Position numbers and translations under genes: made by a program. Positions 18,793 through 30,255 of a stretch of DNA of 64,000 nt are shown here, one piece after another. The DNA lies in assembly GCA_963801165.1 (NCBI GenBank), contig CAWDDT010000011.1, positions 62,383 through 126,382 of the forward strand. Reading direction: 5' to 3'. The notes below the pieces were generated by a model. It saw only the letters and a list, made by a program, of their open reading frames with translations. It did not search any database and was not told the origin of the DNA. The stretch comes from an uncultured bacterium. Its GTDB lineage: Bacteria > Actinomycetota > Acidimicrobiia > Spongiisociales > UBA5794. Every line of letters starts with the position of its first letter. Position 1 is the stretch's first letter.

Positions 18793-19931
18793 GAGCGGAC
18801 TTCGAGCTCCACCTCGCAGCCGGGCTGTGGGACACCGGGGACATCGTCTCATCACGAGAACTACCCGAGGGTTTCGCCGACCACGTGGCGCTGACCCGCG
18901 ACGACTCGCTCGTGCTCATCCCTATGCACCCGCGCCGGGCACGGGCGGCGTCACCACAACGATGGACCGATCACATGTCGACCCCCACGGTCCTGGCTCG
19001 TCTTGCACTTGGGTTCGCCCTGCGTACCGGTGTCGCCCGGGCCTTCTTCCACAACCGGGTCGGCATCCGGACCACGGACGGTGACGGTCCCACACTCCAC
19101 GAGCATCTCGCCGCGGTGTTCGATGTGCCCCGGGTCGCCGTGGCCGGCGCGTGGGGTCCGCCCCGGCCCAATCAGAAGCCGGTGCTCCAGGTATTCGACG
19201 AATCGGGCGAAACTCTCGGGTTCGCCAAGATCGGCTGGAACGCCCTGACCAGGGAACTCGTCGACACCGAAGCGGCCTTCCTCGGCACCGAACCCCGTCT
19301 TCGCTACATGCGGGTGCCCCGGCTTGTTCACCACGGCACCTGGCGGGACAACTCGATTTCGATATCCGCGCCCGAGCTGGGCCCCATCGGGTGGCATCGG
19401 GCATCCCGGCCGGGGCCCGAGATCCTCGCCGAGCTGGCGGGCCTGAGCCCTCGCTACCGGGCACGGCTCGACACGAGCCCCTACCGGGCTGTGTTAGAGA
19501 CCCGCACCGCTGGATGGCGATCAGACGAGGTCGCCACCGCCCTCACCGCTGTCGACCACCGCTGGGGCGAATCGGAGGTGGAGTTCGGCCATTGGCACGG
19601 CGACTGGGCACCATGGAATATGAACAGCAAGGGGCCGCGATGCATCGTGTGGGACTGGGAGCGAACCGGACCCGGCACGCCCGTTGGCTTCGACGCGATC
19701 CACTACGGCTTTCATACCGCGGTGGCCAAGGGGGTGTCGCCGGTGGTGGCGCTCAGCGATGCGGCCGCATACGCAGCCAGGGATTTGGCGGCGTTGGGGA
19801 TCCTCTCGCCCGATACCGGGGCGTTGGCAGTGTTGTACGCGATCGAGATGCGGACCCGCTTCCGAGCAGACGATGTCGCCTGGCTGAACGGATTGCTACC
19901 GGCCGCGGTCGACCTCTTCGCCCGCAAGTGA
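18789..19931 (+). CDS. APH/choline-kinase-fold phosphotransferase family protein
   Basis: ATGA overlap with the sulfotransferase stop (alternative GTG at 18783). Kinase-fold motifs FGHWHGDWAPWNM (HGDxxxxN) and IVWDWERTG. Confidence 0.65.
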   Translation: MRADFELHLAAGLWDTGDIVSSRELPEGFADHVALTRDDSLVLIPMHPRRARAASPQRWTDHMSTPTVLARLALGFALRTGVARAFFHNRVGIRTTDGDGPTLHEHLAAVFDVPRVAVAGAWGPPRPNQKPVLQVFDESGETLGFAKIGWNALTRELVDTEAAFLGTEPRLRYMRVPRLVHHGTWRDNSISISAPELGPIGWHRASRPGPEILAELAGLSPRYRARLDTSPYRAVLETRTAGWRSDEVATALTAVDHRWGESEVEFGHWHGDWAPWNMNSKGPRCIVWDWERTGPGTPVGFDAIHYGFHTAVAKGVSPVVALSDAAAYAARDLAALGILSPDTGALAVLYAIEMRTRFRADDVAWLNGLLPAAVDLFARK

Positions 19932-20744
19932 AACGCCGTCGGGCTCCCACCGTCCCCGGATCAGCCAGAAGTAGACAGAAATGACGAATGCCGCAATGAA
20001 AGCCTCAGTCGTCGTCTCCAACCACGCGAACACCGACCGTGGTGCCAGCCCCCAGTGGAGCCAGGCCTGTGTGACAAGCGGCGTAGCAGCCAGACACGCC
20101 AGCCACACCCACATCCTCTGCCTACCAGCCACCAGATCGAAGTAGGCGGGAATCAACAGCATCGCCATATATGCCTCGGTGTTGACTTGGAGCCAAGCCG
20201 CAAGATCGGGAGAAATGTGATCGGACACAAACGACTGCTGGGCCAGGACCGCGACCAGGACCACTGCCCCGTAGTAAACGGCACGCTGCCAGCCGGGAAC
20301 AATCGCGGCGCCGGTCACGAGACGGCGCCGCCGGTGCGCAATGCCGCGCGACCAACCGAGGTATACGGAAACAACCGCAATGCCGAGAAACCCCTCGCCA
20401 AGCGTGATGATCGACTGTGGCAGCATGTCTCTCATCGGGGCTGCAGCCCGTGCCTGGAGGATGAAGGTGGTGACGACCATCGCTCCCACCCAGACAACCT
20501 GGTACGACAGTTGCACTGCGCCGCCTACAGACGCGACCGCGCCCCTGCCGTCCGGATCGCATCGATATGCGAACATGTCCCAGTATGCCGGGAGCCACAT
20601 GAGCACGTACGCCTCGCTGTTGCGACGCAGGAAGGCGGCCATGCCCACCCCGAGGAATCTGGCAACCACGGTCTGGTGCACACAGACCCCGACGATCAAC
20701 ACGACGACGTAGTAGCCGACTCGGCGGAGAATCATGACTGACAT
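19896..20744 (-). CDS. Integral membrane protein with internally repeated helix motif
   Basis: Start at MSVMILRR (ATG 20744; alternative 20735). The motif recurs three times: NSEAYVLMWLPAYWDMFAYR / NTEAYMAMLLIPAYFDLVAGR / TTTEAFIAAFVISVYFWLIRGR. The longer tracked ORF runs antisense into the sulfotransferase. Confidence 0.55.
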   Translation of the reverse strand: MSVMILRRVGYYVVVLIVGVCVHQTVVARFLGVGMAAFLRRNSEAYVLMWLPAYWDMFAYRCDPDGRGAVASVGGAVQLSYQVVWVGAMVVTTFILQARAAAPMRDMLPQSIITLGEGFLGIAVVSVYLGWSRGIAHRRRRLVTGAAIVPGWQRAVYYGAVVLVAVLAQQSFVSDHISPDLAAWLQVNTEAYMAMLLIPAYFDLVAGRQRMWVWLACLAATPLVTQAWLHWGLAPRSVFAWLETTTEAFIAAFVISVYFWLIRGRWEPDGVSLAGEEVDRGR

Positions 20745-21711
20745 CGTTCGAACCGAGCGTAGCGACAGAGACTCGCAAACGCGCCCCGCCGACCCCTCCT
20801 CCCCCCGTGTTCTGGTGATCGCCGGTTGGGGCAGAAGCGGCTCGACGATCCTGGCCAACGTGCTCGGTAGCGCACCGGGGGTCGTCACTCTCGGCGAGAT
20901 CAACAACATCTGGCAGCGCGGATTTGGTGACGACCTTCTCTGCTCATGTGGGGAGCCGTTTAGTCGCTGTCCCATGTGGAGGCCGGTAGCCGGGCGCGCC
21001 TTCGGCAACGACGTGAAAAAGGTCGCCCTCAGGGCGGCACAGGCGTCCACAGGTCTCGGCAACACTTGGTTGATCAAGAGACGACTCCCCGGGCTGGCGC
21101 CGCGCGTCGCCCACCGCGCCGACGATTATGCCGAGCTGCTCGGCACGCTGTATACGGCAGCGGCAGCAGAGACCGGAGCCCGACTTCTCGTCGATTCGTC
21201 CAAGTCGCCATGGCACTGCGCCGTGGCCGCGTCACTTCCGGGCGTCGAGGTCTCGGTTCTTCTTCTGATCCGGGACCCGCGGGGCGTTGCCTACAGCCTG
21301 CGCAAGAAGGTCGGCTACCAGACCGGCGGATCCCAGATCTACATGGACCAGCACAGCGCAACCGCCTCATCGCTCGCCTGGGTATACCGAAACCGCCTCG
21401 TAGAGTGGGAATGGCGCGACGATCCGGCATATCTGCAAATGCGCTACGAGGACTTTACTGCAGACCCCCGCGGACAGCTGGCCAGGATCCAAGAGCTGGT
21501 CGGGATCGGCGACGCATCACCCGTGTTCGCCGGCCCGAACGAAGTGAACGTCACACCGTCGCACAATATCTCCGGAAACCCGGTTCGATTCCAGAACGGA
21601 ACCGTCACCCTACGTGCCGACGACACGTGGCGCGGCGCACTCCCCAAGTCCATCCAGACATACGTGCGTGCGATCACATGGCCCCACATGAGCCACTTCG
21701 GCTACCGATGA
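20734..21711 (+). CDS. Sulfotransferase (second copy, different subfamily)
   Basis: VLVIAGWGRSGSTILANVLG (5'-PSB-like) and LLIRDPRGVAYSLRKK (3'-PB-like). Confidence 0.75.
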   Translation: MTDIVRTERSDRDSQTRPADPSSPRVLVIAGWGRSGSTILANVLGSAPGVVTLGEINNIWQRGFGDDLLCSCGEPFSRCPMWRPVAGRAFGNDVKKVALRAAQASTGLGNTWLIKRRLPGLAPRVAHRADDYAELLGTLYTAAAAETGARLLVDSSKSPWHCAVAASLPGVEVSVLLLIRDPRGVAYSLRKKVGYQTGGSQIYMDQHSATASSLAWVYRNRLVEWEWRDDPAYLQMRYEDFTADPRGQLARIQELVGIGDASPVFAGPNEVNVTPSHNISGNPVRFQNGTVTLRADDTWRGALPKSIQTYVRAITWPHMSHFGYR

Positions 21712-21748
21712 GCCTGCACGCCGGAACCGTTGTTATCCTCCCGTGAGG

Positions 21749-21859
21749 ATGGAAGAGCAACAGAACGAACCCAGCGGATTCTGGTCCCCGGCCCGTTTTG
21801 CCCTAGCGCTGGCCCTCTGGCTGGCGGCGCTGGTCGTCGGGTTCCATCTGGTGGGATGA
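21749..21859 (+). CDS. Possible 36-aa single-helix membrane micro-protein
   Basis: MEEQQNEPSGFWSPARFALALALWLAALVVGFHLVG, below the ORF-track cutoff. It has one clear hydrophobic helix but no convincing SD. Confidence 0.25.
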   Translation: MEEQQNEPSGFWSPARFALALALWLAALVVGFHLVG

Positions 21860-21963
21860 GCACAACAGGGCCGGCTATGGCACTACCCGACCCCCGGCGG
21901 CCGTGACGAGACGGTCACATCCGGGGCCGGTAAACTAGCTGGACCCGGAGGAAAGGCACCCAG

Positions 21964-22881
21964 TTGAAACGTTACCGGCCGCAGATTCTGCTCCTCATCG
22001 GAGCGGCGATCACGATGATGTCGATCCTCTGGGAGCTCGTCCGGATGAACCCCCAGACCTCGTACCTCGTTGACCCCTGGTCCCGGCGCGGTTACCAGTC
22101 GGTGCACGGTTCTCTGATCTTCACGATCGGTGGCCTCATCCTCATCTTCGGTTTGCTCACGTTCTTCAACTCCTCCCTCAAACCACTGTGGAGCCGCCTC
22201 ATCGCCCTGGTCATGGCGCTCGGTGCCGTCGTAGTGGCGATGCTCTACGGTGGCAGCGAGAGCGCCATGGGCGGCGGGATGGTGGGCTCGGTTGTCGCCC
22301 TGCTCGGCGCCTTTGTCGTCATGAACCTCGTCGACACCTTGCTGCCCGAGCTGAGCTCGAGCATCCGGCTCCTGATTGGTTCCGTAACGTTCATCGTGGC
22401 TTTTTTCGTGCTGGAACTCGTGCTGGGAACCTCTCACAGTGCCAAACCCTGGGTATGGATCGCCGTTGCCTCTGTCATCGCCTTTGGTATCGCCGCTACG
22501 GGGAAACACCCCCAGCTCTCGGCGAACCGGATGCTGATGCTCATGACCATGTTTGGGTGGGTGGCCATCGCCGTTTCTGCCGCGGTTGCGCGTACGAGCC
22601 TCGTCACCGCCCAGGTAGAACGGTCGATTGCCGAGACCGGCGCTCCGCTCTTCGGGGACTACAAGGACGTGCAGGTCACATCGGGTTACTTCCTGGCCTT
22701 GTTCGGCATGATGGTCGCGTTCGTCGCCTCCGTGTCGCTATGGGCCAAACGGCGCGACATCATCATCAATCAGGAGCGGGCCGAGCGCCAGCGCGCAGCC
22801 GCCGAGGCCAGCGCCGCCGAGATCAAAACAGCCCTGGAAATCGCCCAGCGGCATCAGCGGGAAGCGCGGGCGGCTCAATAG
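21964..22881 (+). CDS. Integral membrane protein with charged C-terminal tail
   Basis: TTG start with GGAGGA about 10 nt upstream. About 8 hydrophobic helices, then ERAERQRAAAEASAAEIKTALEIAQRHQREARAAQ. Confidence 0.6.
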   Translation: MKRYRPQILLLIGAAITMMSILWELVRMNPQTSYLVDPWSRRGYQSVHGSLIFTIGGLILIFGLLTFFNSSLKPLWSRLIALVMALGAVVVAMLYGGSESAMGGGMVGSVVALLGAFVVMNLVDTLLPELSSSIRLLIGSVTFIVAFFVLELVLGTSHSAKPWVWIAVASVIAFGIAATGKHPQLSANRMLMLMTMFGWVAIAVSAAVARTSLVTAQVERSIAETGAPLFGDYKDVQVTSGYFLALFGMMVAFVASVSLWAKRRDIIINQERAERQRAAAEASAAEIKTALEIAQRHQREARAAQ

Positions 22882-22893
22882 CAGTCGGGATCC

Positions 22894-23829
22894 TCAGAGA
22901 CCCAGATCCTCCAGGTCGGTTACCTTGGCACGAACGGCATCAGCCGCGGCCACCAGAGCCTGTCTTTCCTCGTCGGTGATCGGCTCCTCGACGATGCGAC
23001 GGACGCCGACCGCCCCGATCTCGGCCATGACTCCGAGATAAACGTCCTCGATGCCGTATTCACCGGTCATCCACGCACTTACCGGAATGTGCTTACCCGA
23101 GTCCTCGATGACGGCCCGTGCCATACACGCCGCCGCGGCCGACGGGGCGAAGTAGGCGCTGCCGGTCTTGAGCAGACCCACGATCTCGGCACCACCGTTC
23201 CTGGTGCGCTCGACGAGCTCTTCGATTGTCTCAGGGGACAGCACCTCGGTGAGCGGCTTGCCTTCGATGCGACAAAGCGATGGGACCGGAACCATCGTCG
23301 CACCGTGGCTGCCAAAGGTGAAAGCCTCGATGCTCTGGATGTCGACACCGGTCTCCTCCGAGATGAAGTGGGCGAAACGCGAGCTGTCGAGGACCCCTGC
23401 CTGGCCAAACACGCGTTGGTGCGGGAAACCTGACACCTGGGCGGTGAGGGTCGTCATCTGGTCGAGCGGGTTAGTGACCACTATCAGCGACGCATCCGGT
23501 GAGTATTGGCTGACCTGCTGGGCAACGCCTTTGACGATCTTGGCGTTCACCTCGAGTAGATCCATCCGGGACATCCCCGGCTTGCGAGGTAGCCCTGCGG
23601 TGATGATCACGACATCGCTGTCGGCCGTATCCGCATAATCGTTGGTACCCACGACCCGGGTGTGATGCCCCATGACCGGCCGACTCTGGTTCATGTCGAG
23701 CGCAAGCCCCTGAGGAAGACCCTCGACGATATCGGTCATCACAACCGTCTCGACGATGTCCCATTCCGAGAGGCGGTTGACGGTGGCCGAGCCGTACTTG
23801 CCGGCTCCAATTACAGTGATTTTGCTCAT
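22894..23829 (-). CDS. mdh: Malate dehydrogenase (LDH-like family)
   Basis: KITVIGAGKYGS Rossmann start, ITAGLPRKPGMSRMDLL substrate loop, 311 aa. Confidence 0.85.
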   Translation of the reverse strand: MSKITVIGAGKYGSATVNRLSEWDIVETVVMTDIVEGLPQGLALDMNQSRPVMGHHTRVVGTNDYADTADSDVVIITAGLPRKPGMSRMDLLEVNAKIVKGVAQQVSQYSPDASLIVVTNPLDQMTTLTAQVSGFPHQRVFGQAGVLDSSRFAHFISEETGVDIQSIEAFTFGSHGATMVPVPSLCRIEGKPLTEVLSPETIEELVERTRNGGAEIVGLLKTGSAYFAPSAAAACMARAVIEDSGKHIPVSAWMTGEYGIEDVYLGVMAEIGAVGVRRIVEEPITDEERQALVAAADAVRAKVTDLEDLGL

Positions 23830-23845
23830 ACCTGTTTACCTCCAG

Positions 23846-25048
<1,203 letters not shown>

Positions 25049-25158
25049 CGGGCAAGTCCTCCAAGATGTCGACTCCTACCGAGGCTAGTGTCCTGACGTA
25101 CCGCCTGCTGACTGATCCTGCCGCGGTTGAGAGCCCACCGATCCGAGAACGCTGATCG

Positions 25159-26013
25159 CTAGGCGATCGAGAGCTCCGCTGCGGTGACCGCGTTCTCCAT
25201 CAGCGCGGCCACGGTCATCAGACCGACACCGCCGGGCACCGGGGTGATGGCACCGGCCACCTCGACCGCCGATTCGAAGTCGACGTCTCCCACAAGTCCG
25301 TCATCGGTCCGGTTGATGCCGACGTCGATGACCACCGCCCCCGGTTTCAGCTGCGAGCCATGAACGAAGTTGGGGCGACCGATGGCGGCCACGATGATGT
25401 CCGCTTGCCTGGTCAGCTCAGCGAGGTTGCGGGTACGGGAATGCGCCTGGACGACCGTTGCGTCCACTCCCTTGGCTCCCAGGAGCAGCGCCATCGGCTT
25501 CCCGACGAGGAAGGAACGCCCGATGATGACCGCGAGCTTGCCCTGGGTGGGTATCTCGTAATGCTCGAAAATGCGCATGATCCCGCTCGGCGTCGCCGGC
25601 TGCAGCCGAGCACGCTCCAGTACCACCAAACCAAGGTTGAACGGGTGGAGTCCATCGGCGTCCTTGGCGGGGTCGATGGTCTCGACCGCCTTGTTCCCGT
25701 CGAGGTCCCCCGGCAGGGGAAGCTGCACGATCATCCCGTCGACCTCGGGGTCGGCGTTCAGCGACCGAACCATGTCCTCGACCTCCTGCTGTGTCGAATC
25801 AGCAGGCAGGTGATGATCGAACGAGAGCATGCCGGCCTTCTCGGCGGCGCGGTGCTTGCTGCGCACGTACACCTCCGAAGCGGGATCCTCGCCAACGAGC
25901 ACTGTGGCGAGACCAACGGACTTGCCTCGCTCCTTGAGCGCCGCAACCCGGTCGGCGACCCGGCTGCGGACGACCGCGGCAACCTCTTTGCCCGAGAGTA
26001 TTTGCGCACTCAA
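25159..26013 (-). CDS. folD: Bifunctional methylenetetrahydrofolate dehydrogenase/cyclohydrolase
   Basis: LATVLVGEDPASEVYVRSKHRAAEKAG, DGMIVQLPLP, VIIGRSFLVGKPMALLL, TPVPGGVGLMTVAALMEN. Confidence 0.93.
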   Translation of the reverse strand: MSAQILSGKEVAAVVRSRVADRVAALKERGKSVGLATVLVGEDPASEVYVRSKHRAAEKAGMLSFDHHLPADSTQQEVEDMVRSLNADPEVDGMIVQLPLPGDLDGNKAVETIDPAKDADGLHPFNLGLVVLERARLQPATPSGIMRIFEHYEIPTQGKLAVIIGRSFLVGKPMALLLGAKGVDATVVQAHSRTRNLAELTRQADIIVAAIGRPNFVHGSQLKPGAVVIDVGINRTDDGLVGDVDFESAVEVAGAITPVPGGVGLMTVAALMENAVTAAELSIA

Positions 26014-27560
26014 TGTTTGAAATGCCTTCTGCTTGTGAAAACGATCGCCATGTTGTGCTCGTTGGCGGCCGTGACAACATCCTCGTCGCGAACGGAGCCT
26101 CCCGGCTCAACAACTGCGATGACGCCCGCAGCCGCGAGCCGGTCGATGGAATCGCGAAATGGGAAGAACGCGTCGGACGCAACGACGCCGCCGTAGGCCC
26201 GATCACCTGCCTGATCAAGCGCTCGAGTTGCCGCACCGACCCGTGATTGATCGCCCGCACCAACACCTACCGCAGCACGGTCTTTGGCGATCACGATGGC
26301 GTTCGACTTGGTATGGGCAACCACGGTCCAAGCAAACTGGAGGTCGAGCAGTATGTCGGTGTTGACGGGCCGCTCCCCTACCGACTCCCAGTTGTCGGGC
26401 ATCCTCCCCGGTGTGGGCATACCGACCTCGTCACGATGCTGGGCAACGAAGCCGTCCTCGATCCTCCTCAGATCGAGATCGTTGTTCCGCGGCACGGGAG
26501 CGGTCAACACGCGCAAATTCGTCCTTCTGGCGAGGATCTCCCGCGCACCCGCCGTGACGATTGGGGCGATGACGACCTCGACGAAGTTCTCGATGATCAA
26601 CCGGGCCGCCGGCTCGTCGAGAGGAGCGTTGACGGCGACAACGCTGCCGTATGCAGCGGCCGGGTCACACTCCCATGCCGTGATGAAGGCCTCCTGGACC
26701 GTTGACCGGCTCGCAACACCACAGGGGTTGGCGTGTTTGACTATGACCGCGGTCGGATCCCTGAATTCGTTGACCAGACGCCAACCGGCCTCGGTGTCGA
26801 GATAGTTGTTGAAGGACATTTCCTTGCCCTGCGTCTGCTCCATCGACAGCCACCACCCGGAACCACCGCCTTCGGTGTAAACGGCCGCCGCCTGGTGCGG
26901 GTTCTCGCCATAGCGCAGCCCGGCGACTCGATCGAACGCCACGACCATCCGCTCCGGCAGCTCTCCTCCCAACCGCTCCAACCAGGAGACGATCGCAGCG
27001 TCATAGCTGGCCGTCCGGTAGAAGGCAGCACGAGCCAACTTGCGGCGCAGTTCATCGTCGAGACCACCATCCGCGATGGCCGCCCCCACCTCGGCGTATT
27101 GGTCGGGCGACGTGACGATGCCCACCCACTTGTGGTTCTTCGCTGCTGCCCGGACCATGGTCGGCCCGCCGATGTCGATGAGCTCGATCATCTCGTCCTC
27201 GCTCAGGTCCCCCCTGGCGACGCCCGCCTCGAACGGGTAGAGGTTGACAACAACGAGTTGAATAGGGGCGAGACCCCGGTCGTATAGCTGTTGGCGGTGA
27301 TCCGGATTGCCAAGATCGGCGAGGATCGCCCCATGGATCGCGGGATGCAGAGTCTTGACCCTGCCGTCGAGCATCTCTCCGGACTTGGTTATCTCCTCGA
27401 CGGGGGTCACCGGGAGCCCGCCGGTGCGCAACTCGCGTGCCGTACCGCCCGATGCGACCAGCTCGACGCCCGACGTCACCAGCCGTGTCGCCAGGTCCAG
27501 CAGACCCGTCTTGTCGCTCACCGACAGCAGCGCGCGCCGGACCTTGGTTCGATTCATCAC
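26010..27560 (-). CDS. purH: Bifunctional AICAR transformylase/IMP cyclohydrolase
   Basis: RALLSVSDKTGL, GRVKTLHPAIHGAIL, VVVNLYPF, HANPCGVA, EPGGSVRD. 4-nt overlap with folD. Confidence 0.93.
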   Translation of the reverse strand: MMNRTKVRRALLSVSDKTGLLDLATRLVTSGVELVASGGTARELRTGGLPVTPVEEITKSGEMLDGRVKTLHPAIHGAILADLGNPDHRQQLYDRGLAPIQLVVVNLYPFEAGVARGDLSEDEMIELIDIGGPTMVRAAAKNHKWVGIVTSPDQYAEVGAAIADGGLDDELRRKLARAAFYRTASYDAAIVSWLERLGGELPERMVVAFDRVAGLRYGENPHQAAAVYTEGGGSGWWLSMEQTQGKEMSFNNYLDTEAGWRLVNEFRDPTAVIVKHANPCGVASRSTVQEAFITAWECDPAAAYGSVVAVNAPLDEPAARLIIENFVEVVIAPIVTAGAREILARRTNLRVLTAPVPRNNDLDLRRIEDGFVAQHRDEVGMPTPGRMPDNWESVGERPVNTDILLDLQFAWTVVAHTKSNAIVIAKDRAAVGVGAGDQSRVGAATRALDQAGDRAYGGVVASDAFFPFRDSIDRLAAAGVIAVVEPGGSVRDEDVVTAANEHNMAIVFTSRRHFKH

Positions 27561-27626
27561 GACCCCTTGACTCGATCCGCTTCTCGAGTACCTGTTGTCG
27601 GCAGATTAGGCGTGCCGTCTGAAGCA

Positions 27627-28565
27627 TCAGTCTTCGGTGGCTTCTCCCAAAGCCTCCAGCATCGCCGCGCCCATGTCCGTTGGCGTCGGCGCCACGACCA
27701 CCCCGGCGGCTTCGAGCGCGTCGATCTTGTCGGCAGCCGTTCCCTTACCGCCGGCGATGATGGCTCCTGCATGACCCATCCTCTTGCCACGCGGTGCGGT
27801 GGTCCCGGCGATGAAGCCGGCCACCGGCTTGGTCATGTTTGCGGTGATCCAGGCGGCTGCGTCCTCTTCGGCGGTACCGCCGATCTCGCCGATCATGATC
27901 ACACCCTCAGTCGCCGGGTCATCATTGAACATCTGCAGACAATCGATGAAATCGGTGCCGTTGACGGGGTCACCGCCGATCCCGATGGCTGTTGTTTGCC
28001 CCAACCCGACCTGCGTGAGCTGATGGACGGCCTCATAGGTGAGCGTGCCCGATCTGCTGATGACACCGATCCGTCCTGCCTCATGTATATAGCCCGGCAT
28101 GATGCCGATCTTGCATTGGCGAGGGGAGATCACGCCGGGGCAGTTCGGCCCGACGAGACGACTGCTTCTCGTCCTCAAATAGGACTTTGCCTCGACCATG
28201 TCGGTAACCGGGATGCCTTCGGTGATGCACACCACCAACTCAAGCCCTGCGCTCGCCGCCTCCATGATTGCGTCGGCAGCGAACGGCGGAGGAACGTAGA
28301 CAACGCTCACCGTGGCTCCGGTGGCCGCTACCGCCTCGGAGACAGTGCGGAAGATCGGGAGCTCGGCGTGGTAGGCGTCGGGGCGACCCGGCACCCCGGA
28401 GTGGTCGGTCTCACCGTCGAAGACCTCCGTCTGCCCGGCCCGGGACGGGTGCACCGCCCCCACCATCCGCGTGCCGTAGGCAATTGCCTTGTCGGTATGG
28501 AACCGTCCCGTTTTGCCCATGCCCTGGACGATCACCCTGGTGTCTGTGTCAACGAGAACGCTCAT
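27627..28565 (-). CDS. sucD: Succinyl-CoA ligase alpha subunit
   Basis: [41 protein letters not shown]. Confidence 0.93.
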   Translation of the reverse strand: MSVLVDTDTRVIVQGMGKTGRFHTDKAIAYGTRMVGAVHPSRAGQTEVFDGETDHSGVPGRPDAYHAELPIFRTVSEAVAATGATVSVVYVPPPFAADAIMEAASAGLELVVCITEGIPVTDMVEAKSYLRTRSSRLVGPNCPGVISPRQCKIGIMPGYIHEAGRIGVISRSGTLTYEAVHQLTQVGLGQTTAIGIGGDPVNGTDFIDCLQMFNDDPATEGVIMIGEIGGTAEEDAAAWITANMTKPVAGFIAGTTAPRGKRMGHAGAIIAGGKGTAADKIDALEAAGVVVAPTPTDMGAAMLEALGEATED

Positions 28566-29788
28566 GACCGCGTTGCCTCCAGGATCTTCTGCGCACCATC
28601 CTTCATGTCGACGGCGCTGAGGATGTTCAATCCCGACTCGTCGAGGATCCGCTTGCCCAGGTCGACGTTGGTGCCTTCGAGACGGACGACTAGCGGCATG
28701 CTGAGCCCTACCTCGGACACGGCATCAACCACCCCCTGGGCGATTGTGTCACAACGCATGATCCCCCCGAAGATGTTGACAAAGATGCCTTTGACCCGGG
28801 GATCCCTGGTGATGATCTTGAAGGCCGCGGCGACCTGCTCCTTGTCGGCGCCGCCGCCAACGTCGAGAAAATTGGCGGGCTCGCCACCGACGTACTTGAT
28901 TATGTCCATCGTCGCCATCGCCAGCCCGGCACCGTTGACCATGCAGCCGATGGTGCCGTCGAGCTTGATGAAACTGAGACCGTAACCCGACGCTTCGATC
29001 TCGGCGGCGTCCTCCTCGCTGAGATCGCGCAGATCCTGCACCTCCGGGTGACGGTAGAGGGCGTTCCCCTCGAAGCTCATCTTCGCATCGAGCGCCATCA
29101 CCTGCCCCTGTTTGGTGACTACCAGCGGGTTGATCTCGACCAGATCGGTATCCAGCTCGACGGCCGCAGCCGCCAGCGCCTCGATGAATCGGACCCCATT
29201 CTTGATCGCCGAGCCTTCGAGACCGAGCCCGTAGGCGATCTCTCTCGCCTGGAAGTCGAGCAGCCCCAGCCCCGGGTCGATCTCGGCTCTCAGGATCTTC
29301 TCCGGGGTCTCTGCAGCAACCTGCTCGATCTCCGTGCCCCCCTCGGTCGATGCCATCACGACGTTGCGGCTCACCGCCCGATCGAGCAACACGGAAACGT
29401 AGAGCTCGCGGTCGATATCAACGCCCTGCTCGATGTACAGACGGCGCACCTGTTTGCCTACCGGCCCGGTCTGCACGGTGACGAGAGTGGATCCGAGCAT
29501 CTTGCCGGCCAACTCCCCGACCCTGGTCCTAGCGGCCTCGACCCCGCCGGAGATGCCTGCGGTGACCACGTTCACCCCGGCGATGTCCGGGTACTCCTTG
29601 AACCGGCCCTTGCCACGACCGCCCGCATGTATCTGCGACTTGACCACTACAACGGGGTTGCCCGTCGACTCGATCAGGGGTGCCACTGCGCTGATAGCAT
29701 CGGCGACGGACGTCACCTCGTGGCCCTGCGGTACCGGAATCCCGCGCACCTTCATCAGTTCCTTGGCCTGGAACTCATGGATCTTCAA
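28562..29788 (-). CDS. sucC: Succinyl-CoA ligase beta subunit
   Basis: [53 protein letters not shown]. 4-nt overlap with sucD. Confidence 0.93.
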   Translation of the reverse strand: MKIHEFQAKELMKVRGIPVPQGHEVTSVADAISAVAPLIESTGNPVVVVKSQIHAGGRGKGRFKEYPDIAGVNVVTAGISGGVEAARTRVGELAGKMLGSTLVTVQTGPVGKQVRRLYIEQGVDIDRELYVSVLLDRAVSRNVVMASTEGGTEIEQVAAETPEKILRAEIDPGLGLLDFQAREIAYGLGLEGSAIKNGVRFIEALAAAAVELDTDLVEINPLVVTKQGQVMALDAKMSFEGNALYRHPEVQDLRDLSEEDAAEIEASGYGLSFIKLDGTIGCMVNGAGLAMATMDIIKYVGGEPANFLDVGGGADKEQVAAAFKIITRDPRVKGIFVNIFGGIMRCDTIAQGVVDAVSEVGLSMPLVVRLEGTNVDLGKRILDESGLNILSAVDMKDGAQKILEATRS

Positions 29789-29824
29789 GTTGCTGCCTCC
29801 TTTGTGGCCGTCGCCGGCGTGGCA

Positions 29825-30214
29825 TCATTCCGAGAATCGATCCGCGACCCACGCGGTTATCTCGGATAGCGGGGTGCCGGGCGTGAAGAGCATTTCCAGC
29901 CCGGCGTCTCTTAGGCGCGATATGTCCTCGTCGGGGATGATGCCGCCGCCAAAGACGACAATGTCGTCAGCGTCACGCTGCCTGAGCAGCTCGACGACCT
30001 TCGGGAACAGCGTCATGTGCGCGCCCGACAGCACGGACAAACCAATGCCATCCACGTCTTCCTGGATCGCAGTCTCGACTATCTGCTCGGGCGTCTGATG
30101 CAATCCCGAATAGATGACCTCACAGCCGGCGTCTCGCAGCGCACGAGCTACCACCTTGGCGCCGCGATCGTGCCCGTCGAGACCCGGTTTGGCGATGAGA
30201 ATTCGAATCGGCAT
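29825..30214 (-). CDS. Stand-alone cobalamin (B12)-binding domain protein (methylmalonyl-CoA mutase C-terminal domain-like)
   Basis: 129 aa with [23 protein letters not shown] (DxHxxG B12 ligand motif), [10 protein letters not shown] and VFGGGIIP. Confidence 0.85.
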   Translation of the reverse strand: MPIRILIAKPGLDGHDRGAKVVARALRDAGCEVIYSGLHQTPEQIVETAIQEDVDGIGLSVLSGAHMTLFPKVVELLRQRDADDIVVFGGGIIPDEDISRLRDAGLEMLFTPGTPLSEITAWVADRFSE

Positions 30215-30255
30215 ACAGGCGGGGACGATAGTCGCCCCGAACCGCCGGCGTCGTG

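Noticed and set aside
19896-21077. Full 393-aa extent of the minus-strand membrane-protein ORF.
   Set aside because: The first about 111 codons are hydrophilic and Pro/Arg-rich and run antisense through the sulfotransferase gene. The hydrophobic protein starts at MSVMILRR (20744).
27291-28985. 564-aa + strand ORF.
   Set aside because: It is antisense to sucD/sucC, which are unambiguous.
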